Origin: an uncultured delta proteobacterium
Lineage (GTDB): Bacteria > Myxococcota > Myxococcia > Myxococcales > Myxococcaceae
Assembly (NCBI GenBank): GCA_963776345.1
Contig: CAVZMH010000016.1
Span: forward strand, 192,001-256,000
Direction: 5' to 3'
DNA: 64,000 nt
In this document: positions 47,621-56,678 of the stretch, in pieces
Layout: every line of letters starts with the position of its first letter
Numbering within the stretch: the first letter of the stretch is position 1
Translations under genes and position numbers: made by a program
The notes under the pieces: generated by a model
What the model saw: the letters and a program-made list of their open reading frames with translations, nothing else
Told to the model about the DNA's origin: nothing
Database searches by the model: none

Positions 47621-49066
47621 CTACCGCGGCTGATCCGCCGTGGGTTCGACAGGGGCCGGCGCCTCGGGCGGCGGGAGCTGCCAGCCGCCTCCGAGCGCCC
47701 GGTAAAGGGTGATGAACGCTGCCGTCCGCTGCGCGCGGACGGAGGTCAGGTTCAGCTCGGCCGGGAACAGGAGGTTCTGGGTATAGGTCACCTCGAGGTA
47801 GTTCGACACCCCGCCGTAGAACCGGTCCTCCGCCAGGCCCAGCGCTTCGGTGAGGCTCACCACCTGCTCCTCCCGCTGCTGGACGATGCCGTCAAGCCGC
47901 TGGACGTCATTCAGTCCGTCCGCCACCTCGCGAAAGGCGTTGAGCACCGTCTGCTCGTAGGTGTTCTTCGCCTCCTCCCACTGCGCGGAGGCGGCCTCCG
48001 CCTGCCCCCGCAGCGCGTCGCCCTGGAGGATGGGAGCGAGCCAGCTCGCGTTGCCTCCCACCCCCCAGACGAAGGACTTCGAGGGATCGAAGAGCTTGGT
48101 CAAGTCCGGAGAGGCGAGCCCGGCAAACGCGGTCAGGCTGAAGCGCGGGAAGAAGTCGGCCTTGGCTACCCCGATGCGGGCGTTGGCCGCGACCAGACGC
48201 TGCTCCACGGAGAGGACGTCGGGCCGGCGCTCGAGCAGCGTCGAGGGCAGGCCAGCCGGCACCGGCCCCGTGTCGTGGAGGCCGGGGACCACCTTCGACC
48301 GGGCGATGGGTCCGGGTGGGCGGCCCACCAGCAGCGACAGGAGGTTCTCCTGCCGCACGATGAGCCGTTCGGTGTCCTGGACCACCGCCTGGGCGTCGTG
48401 GACCTGGGCGCGCCCCGTGGTCACCGACAGCTTGTTCCCTGCCCCGCCCTGCAGCTGGTCGGTGTAGAGCTGCAGCGTGCGCTGGTAGTTCAGGACGGTG
48501 CGCCGGGCCACGTCGACCTGCGCATCGAGCTGCCGCAGCTGCACGTACGCCAGCGCGACATCGGCCACCAGGCTCACGGTGGCTGCGCGGCGCCCCTCCT
48601 CGGTGGCCAGGTACTCGGCGACCGATGCCTCGGTGCCACGGCGGATCCGGCCCCAGACGTCGATCTCCCAGGAGAGCTGGGCGTCGACCTCGAAGGCCGC
48701 GCCCGTCTTCGGGTCCTCGCTGGGGAAGGCCAGGTTTCCGCGCCCGTAGCTCGCCCCGGCATTGGCGCCCACCGCCGGGAGGATCTGCGCTTTCTGGATG
48801 CGGGCCAACGCCCGGGCCTGCTCCACCCGGGCCACCGCCGCGCGGAGGTCCCGGTTGTTCTGAACCGCCTCGCCGATGAGCGACTGCAGCTCCGGGTCCT
48901 TGAACACCGTCCACCACGGCAGGTCGGCGATGGTCGCAGTGTCCGTGGTGGGGGTCTGGTCCCGGTAGGCGGCCGGGGTCGGGACCACCGGTCGCTGGTA
49001 GTCCGGCCCCATCAGGCAGCTGGTGGTGGACAGCGCCAGGGTCACCGCGAGGAGCGCTCTCTTCAC
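47621..49066 (-). CDS. NodT/OprM-family efflux outer membrane lipoprotein
   Basis: SCLMGPDYQRP, SWEIDVWGRIR, GLPSTLLERRPDV, LYRALGGGW. Confidence 0.93.
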   Translation of the reverse strand: MKRALLAVTLALSTTSCLMGPDYQRPVVPTPAAYRDQTPTTDTATIADLPWWTVFKDPELQSLIGEAVQNNRDLRAAVARVEQARALARIQKAQILPAVGANAGASYGRGNLAFPSEDPKTGAAFEVDAQLSWEIDVWGRIRRGTEASVAEYLATEEGRRAATVSLVADVALAYVQLRQLDAQVDVARRTVLNYQRTLQLYTDQLQGGAGNKLSVTTGRAQVHDAQAVVQDTERLIVRQENLLSLLVGRPPGPIARSKVVPGLHDTGPVPAGLPSTLLERRPDVLSVEQRLVAANARIGVAKADFFPRFSLTAFAGLASPDLTKLFDPSKSFVWGVGGNASWLAPILQGDALRGQAEAASAQWEEAKNTYEQTVLNAFREVADGLNDVQRLDGIVQQREEQVVSLTEALGLAEDRFYGGVSNYLEVTYTQNLLFPAELNLTSVRAQRTAAFITLYRALGGGWQLPPPEAPAPVEPTADQPR

Positions 49067-52000
49067 GGCTCACCCTGAGCGACGGCGGTCGCCCCTCCTC
49101 CATGAGCCACGGTGGGCGTTGGCGCGGGACCCTTCTTCTCGCCCACGATCTTCCCCACCATCACGAAGAGCACCGGGATGATGAAGACGCCGAGTCCCGT
49201 CACCAGCGACATCCCGGCGATCACCGCCGTCCCGAGGATCCGCCGGGACGCCGCCCCGGCGCCGGCTGCCGTCCAGAGCGGCACGCAGCCGAGGATGAAG
49301 GCGAAGGAGGTCATGAGAATCGGCCGCAACCGGAGCCTGGCCCCCTCCAGCGCCGCCTCGACCAGCGGCTTGCCCTGGTCGTGCTGCATCTTGGCGAACT
49401 CGACGATCAGGATGGCGTTCTTCGCCGCCAGGCCGATCAGCATCACCAGGCCGATCTGCCCGTAGACGTCGAAGTCGAACCTGCGAACCATCAGCCCGAT
49501 GAACGCGCCCAGCACCGCGATCGGAGTGCTGAGGAGCACGCTGAACGGGAGCGACCAGCTCTCGTAGAGCGCGGCCAGGATGAGGAACACGAACACCAGG
49601 CTCATCCCGAAGACGGCCAGCGTCCCTCCCTCGGAGGCCTTCTGCTGGAACGAGAGGTTGGTCCAGGCGGTGCCGATCTCCGGAGGCAAGGTCTGCGCCG
49701 CCACCTCCTCGAAGGCCTTGAGCGCCTGACCGGAGCTGACTCCAGGAGCCACGCTCCCGATGACTTCGGCCGATCGAAAGAGGTTGAAGCGGACGGTGTA
49801 CTCGGGGCCGCTCACGTTCTTGACCGTGACCAGGGTCGAGAGGGGCACCATCTCACCCTTGCTGTTGCGGACGTAGAAGTTGCGGATGTCCTCCGCCTTG
49901 ATGCGCGACTCACCCTCGGACTGGAGGAAGACCTTCCACTGCCGGCCGAAGCGGGTGAAGTCGTTCACGTAGCTCCCGCCGAGGAAGGCCTGCATGGCCC
50001 CGTAGAGGTCCGTCAGCGCCACGCCCTGCTTCAGGACCTTGTCCTTGTCCACCTCGACGAAGATCTGCGGCACCGCGGGCGAGAAGTTGGCGGTCACCGC
50101 CTGGAACTCGGGGCGCTTCCGGGCCGCGGCCAGGAACTTGTTCACGTTCTCCGCCAGGAACTCGACCGACTTGCCACTCCGGTCCTGGATCATCATGTCC
50201 GCGCCGCCGGCGGTTCCGATGCCGGGAATGGCCGGAGGACCGAAGGCCAGGATGCGCGCTTCCGGAATCTGCGAGAAGGCGATGTTGAGCGCGCGGATGA
50301 TCCCCGCCGCCGATTCGTTCTCGTGCTTCCTCTCCGCCCACTCGTGGAAGGCGATGAAGACCGTCCCGGCGTAGCTCGCGGCGGTGCCGGTGAGGATGTT
50401 GTATCCGCTGATCACGGTGTAGCTCCGGATGCCCGGAGTCTTGGCCATGATCTCCTCGATCTTCTTCCCCACCTGCTTCGTGCGCTGGAGCGAGGCCGCA
50501 TCCGGCAGCTGGATGAAGGCGAGGGCGTAGCCCTGGTCCTCGTCGGGGACGAAGCCTGCGGGAATCCTCGAGCCGAAGAAGCCCGCCAGCACCGTTACGC
50601 CCCCGAGCAGCACCAAGGAGAGCACCATCTTCCGGACCATCCGCCCCGTGATGCTCACGTATCCGCCGGTCATCCGGTCGAACCAGGTGTTGAACTTGCC
50701 GCCCAGCCGCGCCACGAGACCCTGCTTCCCTTCCTCCTTGGGCTTGAGCAGCAGCGCCGAGAGCGCGGGGCTGAGGGTCAGGGCGTTGAACGCCGAGATG
50801 AGTACCGAGATGGCGATGGTGAGCGCGAACTGCTGGTACAGCCGGCCGGTGATGCCTCCGATGAAGGCCACCGGGATGAACACCGCGGAGAGGATGAGCG
50901 CGATGCCGATCACCGGACCCTGGACCTCGTGCATCGCCTTGAGTGTGGCCTCCTTCGGAGACAGCCCGTGGTGGATGTGTGACTCGACCGCCTCCACCAC
51001 CACGATCGCGTCGTCGACCACCAGACCGATGGCCAGGATGAGGCCGAACAGGGAGAGGGTGTTCAGCGAGAACCCCAGCATGGGGAACACCGCGAACGTG
51101 CCTACCAGCGACACCGGGACCGCGAGCAGCGGGATCAGCGTCGCCCTCCAGCTCTGGAGGAAGATGAAGACCACGATGATCACCAGGACCATCGCCTCGA
51201 GCAGCGTCTTCACGATCTCGTCCATGCCCTCGGTGATGGGCAGGGTCGTGTCGAGCGCGACCTCGTAGTCCAGGCCCTGGGGGAAGTCCTTCTTCAGCCC
51301 TGCCATCGTGGCCTTGATTCCGTCACCGACCTTGAGAGCGTTCGACCCGGGCGTCTGGTAGATGGAGATGACGCCGCCGGCCTTGCCGTTGTAGCGCCCA
51401 TCTTGCTGGTAGTTCAGCGAGCCCAGCTCGATGCGGGCCACGTCCTTGAGCCGCACCTGCGAGCCGTCCGGATTGGCGCGGACGACGATCTCTCCGAACT
51501 CCTCGGGGGTCACCAGCCGGCCCTGGGCGCGGACGGCGTAGGTGAACTTCTGTCCCTCCGGCGCCGGCTCGCCGCCGATCTGCCCGGCCGGGTTCACCAC
51601 GTTCTGCGTCTTGATGGCGGACTGGATCTCGTTGATGGTCAGATTGAGGCGGGTGAGCGTGTCCGGCTTCACCCAGATCCGCATCGCGTAGTCCGACGAG
51701 CCGAAGAGCACCACGTCGCCGACGCCCGGAACGCGCTTCAGCGCGTCGATGACGTTGATGGTGGCGTAGTTCCCGAGGAACCGCGCGTCGTAGCGATTGT
51801 CGGGCGAGAACAGCGAGACGATGATCAGCGGGAACGGCAGCTTCTTCTTGATCGTGACGCCGTAGTTCTTGACCTCCTGGGGCAGCGTCGCCTGCGCCTG
51901 GCTGTACCGGTTCTGGACCAGGACGTTGTCGATGTCGACGTTGGTCCCGAGCGCGAAGGTGACGATCTGGGTCAGCGTGCCGTCGTTGGCGTTGGTGCTC

Positions 52001-52239
52001 TGGAGGTAGAGCATGTTGTCCACGCCGTTCATCTGCTGCTCGATGGGCGTGGCCACCGACTGCTCGATGGTCAGCGCGTCGGCGCCGGTGTACGTCGTGG
52101 TCAGCTGGATCTGCGGCGGGACGATCTCCGGGAACTGCGCGATGGGCAGCCGCAGCGCGGCGACCGCGCCGCCGATCACCGTCACGATCGCGATGACGAT
52201 CGCGGTGATGGGATTCTTGACGAAGAAGGCGGAGATCAC
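49063..52239 (-). CDS. HAE1-family RND multidrug efflux permease
   Basis: LPIAQFPEIVPP, AIGLVVDDAIVVVE, AAKNAILIVEFA, RLRPILMTS. Confidence 0.95.
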   Translation of the reverse strand: MISAFFVKNPITAIVIAIVTVIGGAVAALRLPIAQFPEIVPPQIQLTTTYTGADALTIEQSVATPIEQQMNGVDNMLYLQSTNANDGTLTQIVTFALGTNVDIDNVLVQNRYSQAQATLPQEVKNYGVTIKKKLPFPLIIVSLFSPDNRYDARFLGNYATINVIDALKRVPGVGDVVLFGSSDYAMRIWVKPDTLTRLNLTINEIQSAIKTQNVVNPAGQIGGEPAPEGQKFTYAVRAQGRLVTPEEFGEIVVRANPDGSQVRLKDVARIELGSLNYQQDGRYNGKAGGVISIYQTPGSNALKVGDGIKATMAGLKKDFPQGLDYEVALDTTLPITEGMDEIVKTLLEAMVLVIIVVFIFLQSWRATLIPLLAVPVSLVGTFAVFPMLGFSLNTLSLFGLILAIGLVVDDAIVVVEAVESHIHHGLSPKEATLKAMHEVQGPVIGIALILSAVFIPVAFIGGITGRLYQQFALTIAISVLISAFNALTLSPALSALLLKPKEEGKQGLVARLGGKFNTWFDRMTGGYVSITGRMVRKMVLSLVLLGGVTVLAGFFGSRIPAGFVPDEDQGYALAFIQLPDAASLQRTKQVGKKIEEIMAKTPGIRSYTVISGYNILTGTAASYAGTVFIAFHEWAERKHENESAAGIIRALNIAFSQIPEARILAFGPPAIPGIGTAGGADMMIQDRSGKSVEFLAENVNKFLAAARKRPEFQAVTANFSPAVPQIFVEVDKDKVLKQGVALTDLYGAMQAFLGGSYVNDFTRFGRQWKVFLQSEGESRIKAEDIRNFYVRNSKGEMVPLSTLVTVKNVSGPEYTVRFNLFRSAEVIGSVAPGVSSGQALKAFEEVAAQTLPPEIGTAWTNLSFQQKASEGGTLAVFGMSLVFVFLILAALYESWSLPFSVLLSTPIAVLGAFIGLMVRRFDFDVYGQIGLVMLIGLAAKNAILIVEFAKMQHDQGKPLVEAALEGARLRLRPILMTSFAFILGCVPLWTAAGAGAASRRILGTAVIAGMSLVTGLGVFIIPVLFVMVGKIVGEKKGPAPTPTVAHGGGATAVAQGEP

Positions 52240-52242
52240 GGG

Positions 52243-53430
52243 TCAGCCTCCCGCGTCCGGCGCCGGGGCGCTCCCCGCCTTGCCGGCGAAGGCCGGGTCC
52301 GGCTTCGCGGTGACCTTCAGCCCCTCCGAGACCTTCTGGAGCCCCTCGGTGATCACCCGCTCACCGGCGTTGACTCCCTTGGTGACCGCCCAGAGCTGGC
52401 CCGCCCGGGGACCCATGGTCACGGTCCGGATCTGCACCGTGTCCTCGGGGGTCACCACCGCCACCGTGTAGGAGCCCTGCAGCTCCTTCACCGCGGCCTC
52501 GGGCACCACCACCAGCGCCTTGCCGGTCTCCAGCTGAGGGATGCGAACCCGACCGTACTGCCCGGGCCGGAGGATTCGCTCCGGGTTCGGGAACACGGTC
52601 TGAACTTGAAGGGTGCCCGTCCCCTTCTGCACCTCACGGTTCAGGGCGATGAACCAGCCCTTGTGCTTGTAGACCGACCCGTCCGCCAGGACGAGAGCGA
52701 GCACCTGGCGCTCCGGGCCGGCATCGAGCGGGTCCAGCGTCTCGAGCGCCGCGGCCCGGCTGGCCACGCGCAGGTAATCCGCCTCGCTGATAGGAAAGGT
52801 GACCCGCATCGGGTCGAGCTGCGACACGGTGGTGAGCAGCGTGGGCTCGCCCTGCCCGACCAGGTTGCCGACGCGGACCAGCGGGGTCCCCGCCACGCCA
52901 TCCACGGGCGAGCTGATGCGGGTGTACGAGAGGTTCAGCTGGGCCTCGTCGACCGCGGCTCTGGCCGAGTCGACTGTCGCGGCGGCCGCGCGCTGGGACG
53001 CCTCCGCGTTGTCCAGGTCCTGCTGGCTGACCGCCTGCTTCGCGGCGAGTGGCCGGTAACGGTCCGCGGTCACCTTGGCCTGGCCAAGCGTGGCCTGCGC
53101 GCGGGCAAGCATAGCCTTCGCCTTGGCCAGGTCGTTCTGGTACTCGGCCGGGTCGATGGTGAAGAGGAGCTGGCCCTTCTTCACGAACGCCCCGTCGGCG
53201 TAGTCCTGGGTCTTGAGAAAGCCCTTCACCCGCGCCCGGATCTCGGCGTTCACGTATCCGTCGATGGTTCCCACCATCTCGGTCGAGAGGCTCAGGTCCT
53301 GCTGGACTGCCGGGGCCACCAGCACCGTGGGCGGAGGAAGCGGTGGCGGCGGCTTCTTGCAGCCCACCGCCACCAGCAACGCCCCGAGGGCCCCCGCGAT
53401 GACCGACCCAGTGACGCCTGTCCGCGCCAT
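52243..53430 (-). CDS. RND periplasmic adaptor (MFP) lipoprotein
   Basis: AVGC lipobox, EIRARVKG, LNLSYTRISSPVDG, LRPGQY. Confidence 0.92.
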   Translation of the reverse strand: MARTGVTGSVIAGALGALLVAVGCKKPPPPLPPPTVLVAPAVQQDLSLSTEMVGTIDGYVNAEIRARVKGFLKTQDYADGAFVKKGQLLFTIDPAEYQNDLAKAKAMLARAQATLGQAKVTADRYRPLAAKQAVSQQDLDNAEASQRAAAATVDSARAAVDEAQLNLSYTRISSPVDGVAGTPLVRVGNLVGQGEPTLLTTVSQLDPMRVTFPISEADYLRVASRAAALETLDPLDAGPERQVLALVLADGSVYKHKGWFIALNREVQKGTGTLQVQTVFPNPERILRPGQYGRVRIPQLETGKALVVVPEAAVKELQGSYTVAVVTPEDTVQIRTVTMGPRAGQLWAVTKGVNAGERVITEGLQKVSEGLKVTAKPDPAFAGKAGSAPAPDAGG

Positions 53431-53516
53431 GCTCCCTCCCGGAGTGGCTCTACATCGTCGAGTTATCGACATCCCCGGGCCCTGTCGAGCGGGAGCGACG
53501 GGGAATCGCCGGTGCC

Positions 53517-54257
53517 TCAGCGGGCCGGCCCGGCTGCCGGCTGCGCCGAGGGGCTGTCCACGACCGGAGCCGGTTCCGCCGCGGTGAGCGCAATCTCGAT
53601 GCGCCGGTTCTGGCTCTTGCCCTCCGCCGTGTCGTTCGACGCCAGCGGCCGGTACTCCGAGAACCCGGCCGCGCCGAGCATCTGGGGCGCCACGCCCTGG
53701 GACTGGAGGTACCGGACGACGGTCACCGCCCGCGCCGTCGACAGGTCCCAGTTGTCCTTGAAGGCGCCCTTCTTGCCGGTCGGGACGTTGTCGGTGTACC
53801 CGGCGACGATCACCGTCTTCCCCTGGAGGCCCTGGAAGGCCTTGGCCACGGCGTCCAGCGCGGCCTGACCCTGCTTGTTGATGGCCGCCGAGCCCGAGGA
53901 GAAGACCACCTTGTCCTTGAGCTTCACGGTCATCTTGCCCTTGAGCTCGGAGATCTCGACCTGGCCGCTCTGGATCTGCTCCTTCAGCGAGCCGGCGAGC
54001 TCCTCGTACTGCTTGCTCTTCGCCTCGAGCTGGCCCTTCTCCTCGGTGAGCTGGGCGGTCGACTTGGTCAGCGCCTCGTTCTGCGCCTGGAGGTCGGCGA
54101 CCTTCTTCTCCAGGGCCGCGGTCTTCTGGGCCTCGTCCTGGTACTTCTTCAGGTTGTTTGCGGCATCACGCTGCGCTGCGGCGAACTCGTCCTTCGACGG
54201 ACCACAGGCCACGAGCAACAGCGCGAGCCCGACTGCAGCGAACATTCGGTTCGACAT
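53517..54257 (-). CDS. OmpA/MotB-type peptidoglycan-binding lipoprotein with coiled coil
   Basis: LVAC lipobox, coiled coil, [26 protein letters not shown]. Confidence 0.9.
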   Translation of the reverse strand: MSNRMFAAVGLALLLVACGPSKDEFAAAQRDAANNLKKYQDEAQKTAALEKKVADLQAQNEALTKSTAQLTEEKGQLEAKSKQYEELAGSLKEQIQSGQVEISELKGKMTVKLKDKVVFSSGSAAINKQGQAALDAVAKAFQGLQGKTVIVAGYTDNVPTGKKGAFKDNWDLSTARAVTVVRYLQSQGVAPQMLGAAGFSEYRPLASNDTAEGKSQNRRIEIALTAAEPAPVVDSPSAQPAAGPAR

Positions 54258-54301
54258 GAGTCCTCCTCTGTTGAAGTCCATGCGTTTCCAGGCGATTCCG
54301 G

Positions 54302-54318
54302 CAATGAGACCAAGGTCC
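54302..54318 (-). promoter_or_regulatory. Exact GGACCTTGGTCTCATTG motif copy (minus strand)
   Basis: CAATGAGACCAAGGTCC on the plus strand, 44 nt upstream of ATG 54257 and oriented with that gene. Confidence 0.8.
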
Positions 54319-54365
54319 CAGGCCCCCACGGTTCAATGGGTTGCGGGCCCCGCCCGGACGACGGC

Positions 54366-55092
54366 TCAGCGACGGGCGACCGCGGACGCGGCGGCTCCTC
54401 GGGGCGCAGCCACCAGCCGGTAGACCACCGCGCCCAGGGCGCCTCCGATGAGCGGCGCGACCCAGAACATCCACAGCTGCTCCAGCGCCCATCCGCCCAC
54501 CACCAGCGCCGGCCCCGTGCTCCGGGCCGGATTCACCGAGGTGTTGGTGACCGGGATGGAGACCAGGTGGATGAGCGTGAGGCAGAGGCCGATGGCGATG
54601 GGGGCGAGGCCCTTCGGGGCGCGCTCGTCGGTCGCGCCCATGATGACGAAGAGGAACATCCCGGTCATCACCACCTCGGTGAGGAACCCGGCGGCGAGCG
54701 AGTACTGCCCGGGCGAGTGCAGCCCGTAGCCGTTGCTGGCCAGCCCGCCCGCGGTGCTGAAGCCGGCCTTGCCGCTGGCGATGACGTACAGCGTCCCGGC
54801 GGCGAGCGCCCCGCCGATCACCTGGGCGATGACGTATGCCGGCAGCTCCGAGGCCTTGAACCGTCCGCCGACCACCAGGCCCACCGAGACGGCCGGGTTC
54901 AGGTGACAGCCCGAGACGTGCCCGATGGCGAAGGCCATGGTGAGCACCGTCAGCCCGAAGGCCAGCGACGACACCCAGCAGCCCGATGCCGACCCCCGGG
55001 AAGGCCGCGGCGAGCACCGCGCTCCCGCATCCTCCGAGCACCAGCCAGAACGTTCCAACCAGCTCAGCCGCCGCGCGTTGCCAGAGCGACAT
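54366..55092 (-). CDS. aqpZ: Aquaporin Z; frameshift near 54970
   Basis: [27 protein letters not shown] and TSVNPARS (two NPA motifs). Confidence 0.93.
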
Positions 55093-55343
55093 CCGGGACC
55101 CCCGAGGTGAGTTCGGCCGGGCGTCTAGCACGCCCGCTCGGGCGCGTCCCGCCGGAACGCCCTGTCCGGAAGGACAACGACGGGCCCGACTTCAAGATCC
55201 AGGTGACGGGCGACGGTTGCGGCCCGGATCGTCGGTCAACGGATCGAGCGGCGTGCGCGACGGCGCCGCGGCGGCGGACCCCCACATCCGGAATCCACGC
55301 CGACGTCAAGTCACGTCGGCGCGAGGGGCCGCGACTCTCGAGG

Positions 55344-55360
55344 GGACCTTGGTCTCATTG
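55344..55360 (+). promoter_or_regulatory. Exact GGACCTTGGTCTCATTG motif copy
   Basis: Intergenic, 55 nt before ATG 55416. Confidence 0.8.
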
Positions 55361-55415
55361 TTGCTTCCGCTCACCGCTGAGAAGGTCCCCTCGATCAAGG
55401 GAGAGGAGGAGCACC

Positions 55416-56579
55416 ATGCCCCATGGATCGCCAGCCGCCGCCAAGGACCTCAGCACCGTGCCGTTGAGCTGGAAGGAGGTCTACTACACCAATTGCCCCC
55501 TGGTCTCCGCCAGCAACGTCGACCAGGAGCTGGGCTGGACTCGCGAGGAGTACAAGAAGCTCGGCGTGCACTACTCGTTTCTCCGCTCGCGCACCGAGAA
55601 CAACTGGTACCCGCACTACATCCACAACCTCGACAACCTGATCCGCTTCGGAGGGCTGTTTCCCCCCATTCACGTTCAGGCGGACATCCGCCGGACGAGG
55701 CTCCTGGGCGTGACCCACGTCTACGAGGGCGGCTGCATGATGGTGCGCGCCAGGGACAAGATCTTCCGGATGACCGATCTCAAGGGAAAGAAGATCGGCC
55801 TGTCGAAGAGCCTCAACACCACCAAGTGCGACTGGTGGCGCATCCAGGAGGAGCAAGGCATCGAGCTGATGCTCAAGCTCAATGGAATGACCCGCGAGGA
55901 CATCCAGATCGTGGAGTTCCCCTACCCGGACGACTGGTACGACAAGCCGGAGATGGTGGGCCCGCCGATGGACAACCCATCCGAGCTGTGGCTCAAGCGC
56001 GACCACAAGCGCGATCTGGCGTTCCGTCCGCTGGAGACGGCCCTGGAGAAGGGCACCGTCGACGCGATCTACACCCAGAGCGGGCCCTTCCAGCATCTCC
56101 AGGAGGCGACCGGGAAGTTCAAGGCCATCGAGGACCTCTCCAGGTATCCCGACTGGACCTTGCAGGTGGCCAACGTCCCCGCGGTCATCACCTGCACCGA
56201 CGTGATGGCCGAGAAGCATCCCGACCTGGTGGTCACGTTCATGAAGGGCATGATCAAGGTGGGGCGCTGGGCCAACGAGCACAAGCACGCCGCGGCGGCG
56301 ATCCTCGACAAGCAGACGTTCTACCTCAACGTCGAGGACACCTACCGGGGCATCAAGAACGTCGACCTGGTGCCCAATCTGTCCGCCCAGAACCTCGCCG
56401 CCGTGGAGATCGGGAAGGACTTCATGCTGGGCCACGGCTACATCAAGCGCGACTTCGACGTCCACAAGTGGGCCGCGCCAGAGTTCCTCGAGCAGGCGGC
56501 GAAGGAGCTGCTCACGGAGCGCTGGCAGAAGGTGACCGGGGAGAAGCTCCCCACCGCGTCGACAGCACGGCTCGGGTGA
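55416..56579 (+). CDS. DszB-like desulfinase / SsuA-fold protein without signal peptide
   Basis: YTNCP, HY..RFGG..PP, RTRLLGVT, DLKGKKIG and WAAPEFL mirror the DszB motifs YSNCP, HF..RFGG..PP, RTRLLG, WAAPEFL (recalled, not aligned). Confidence 0.75.
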   Translation: MPHGSPAAAKDLSTVPLSWKEVYYTNCPLVSASNVDQELGWTREEYKKLGVHYSFLRSRTENNWYPHYIHNLDNLIRFGGLFPPIHVQADIRRTRLLGVTHVYEGGCMMVRARDKIFRMTDLKGKKIGLSKSLNTTKCDWWRIQEEQGIELMLKLNGMTREDIQIVEFPYPDDWYDKPEMVGPPMDNPSELWLKRDHKRDLAFRPLETALEKGTVDAIYTQSGPFQHLQEATGKFKAIEDLSRYPDWTLQVANVPAVITCTDVMAEKHPDLVVTFMKGMIKVGRWANEHKHAAAAILDKQTFYLNVEDTYRGIKNVDLVPNLSAQNLAAVEIGKDFMLGHGYIKRDFDVHKWAAPEFLEQAAKELLTERWQKVTGEKLPTASTARLG

Positions 56580-56678
56580 TCCAGCGGCCCTCGGGGGTCT
56601 GCTGAGCGCGGATGGGGCTGGCCGGAGCCGGGCTGCCACCCGGCTCCTGCCCCCACCGAGCGCCGCACCGGAGGCAAC

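Noticed and set aside
53517..54257. Flagellar motB
   Set aside because: Lipoprotein signal rather than the Asp-bearing TM helix, and no motA or flagellar genes adjacent.
738..55092. Many split genes (kdpA, APH kinase, PNPOx, cus leader, 29666 lipoprotein, 40978 barrel, glycine zipper, DUF4344, aqpZ) as pseudogenes or programmed frameshifts
   Set aside because: Single-base indels, often in G/C runs or short repeats, with otherwise intact motifs, scattered over unrelated genes; this fits long-read consensus error best. Short-read polishing would settle it.
31103..55360. 17-bp or 35-bp repeats as a CRISPR array
   Set aside because: Copies are hundreds to thousands of bases apart, not regularly spaced, and no cas genes are present.
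55416..56579. Dibenzothiophene desulfurisation (dszABC) operon or sulfonate ABC importer
   Set aside because: No DszA/DszC monooxygenases and no ABC permease or ATPase in the window.
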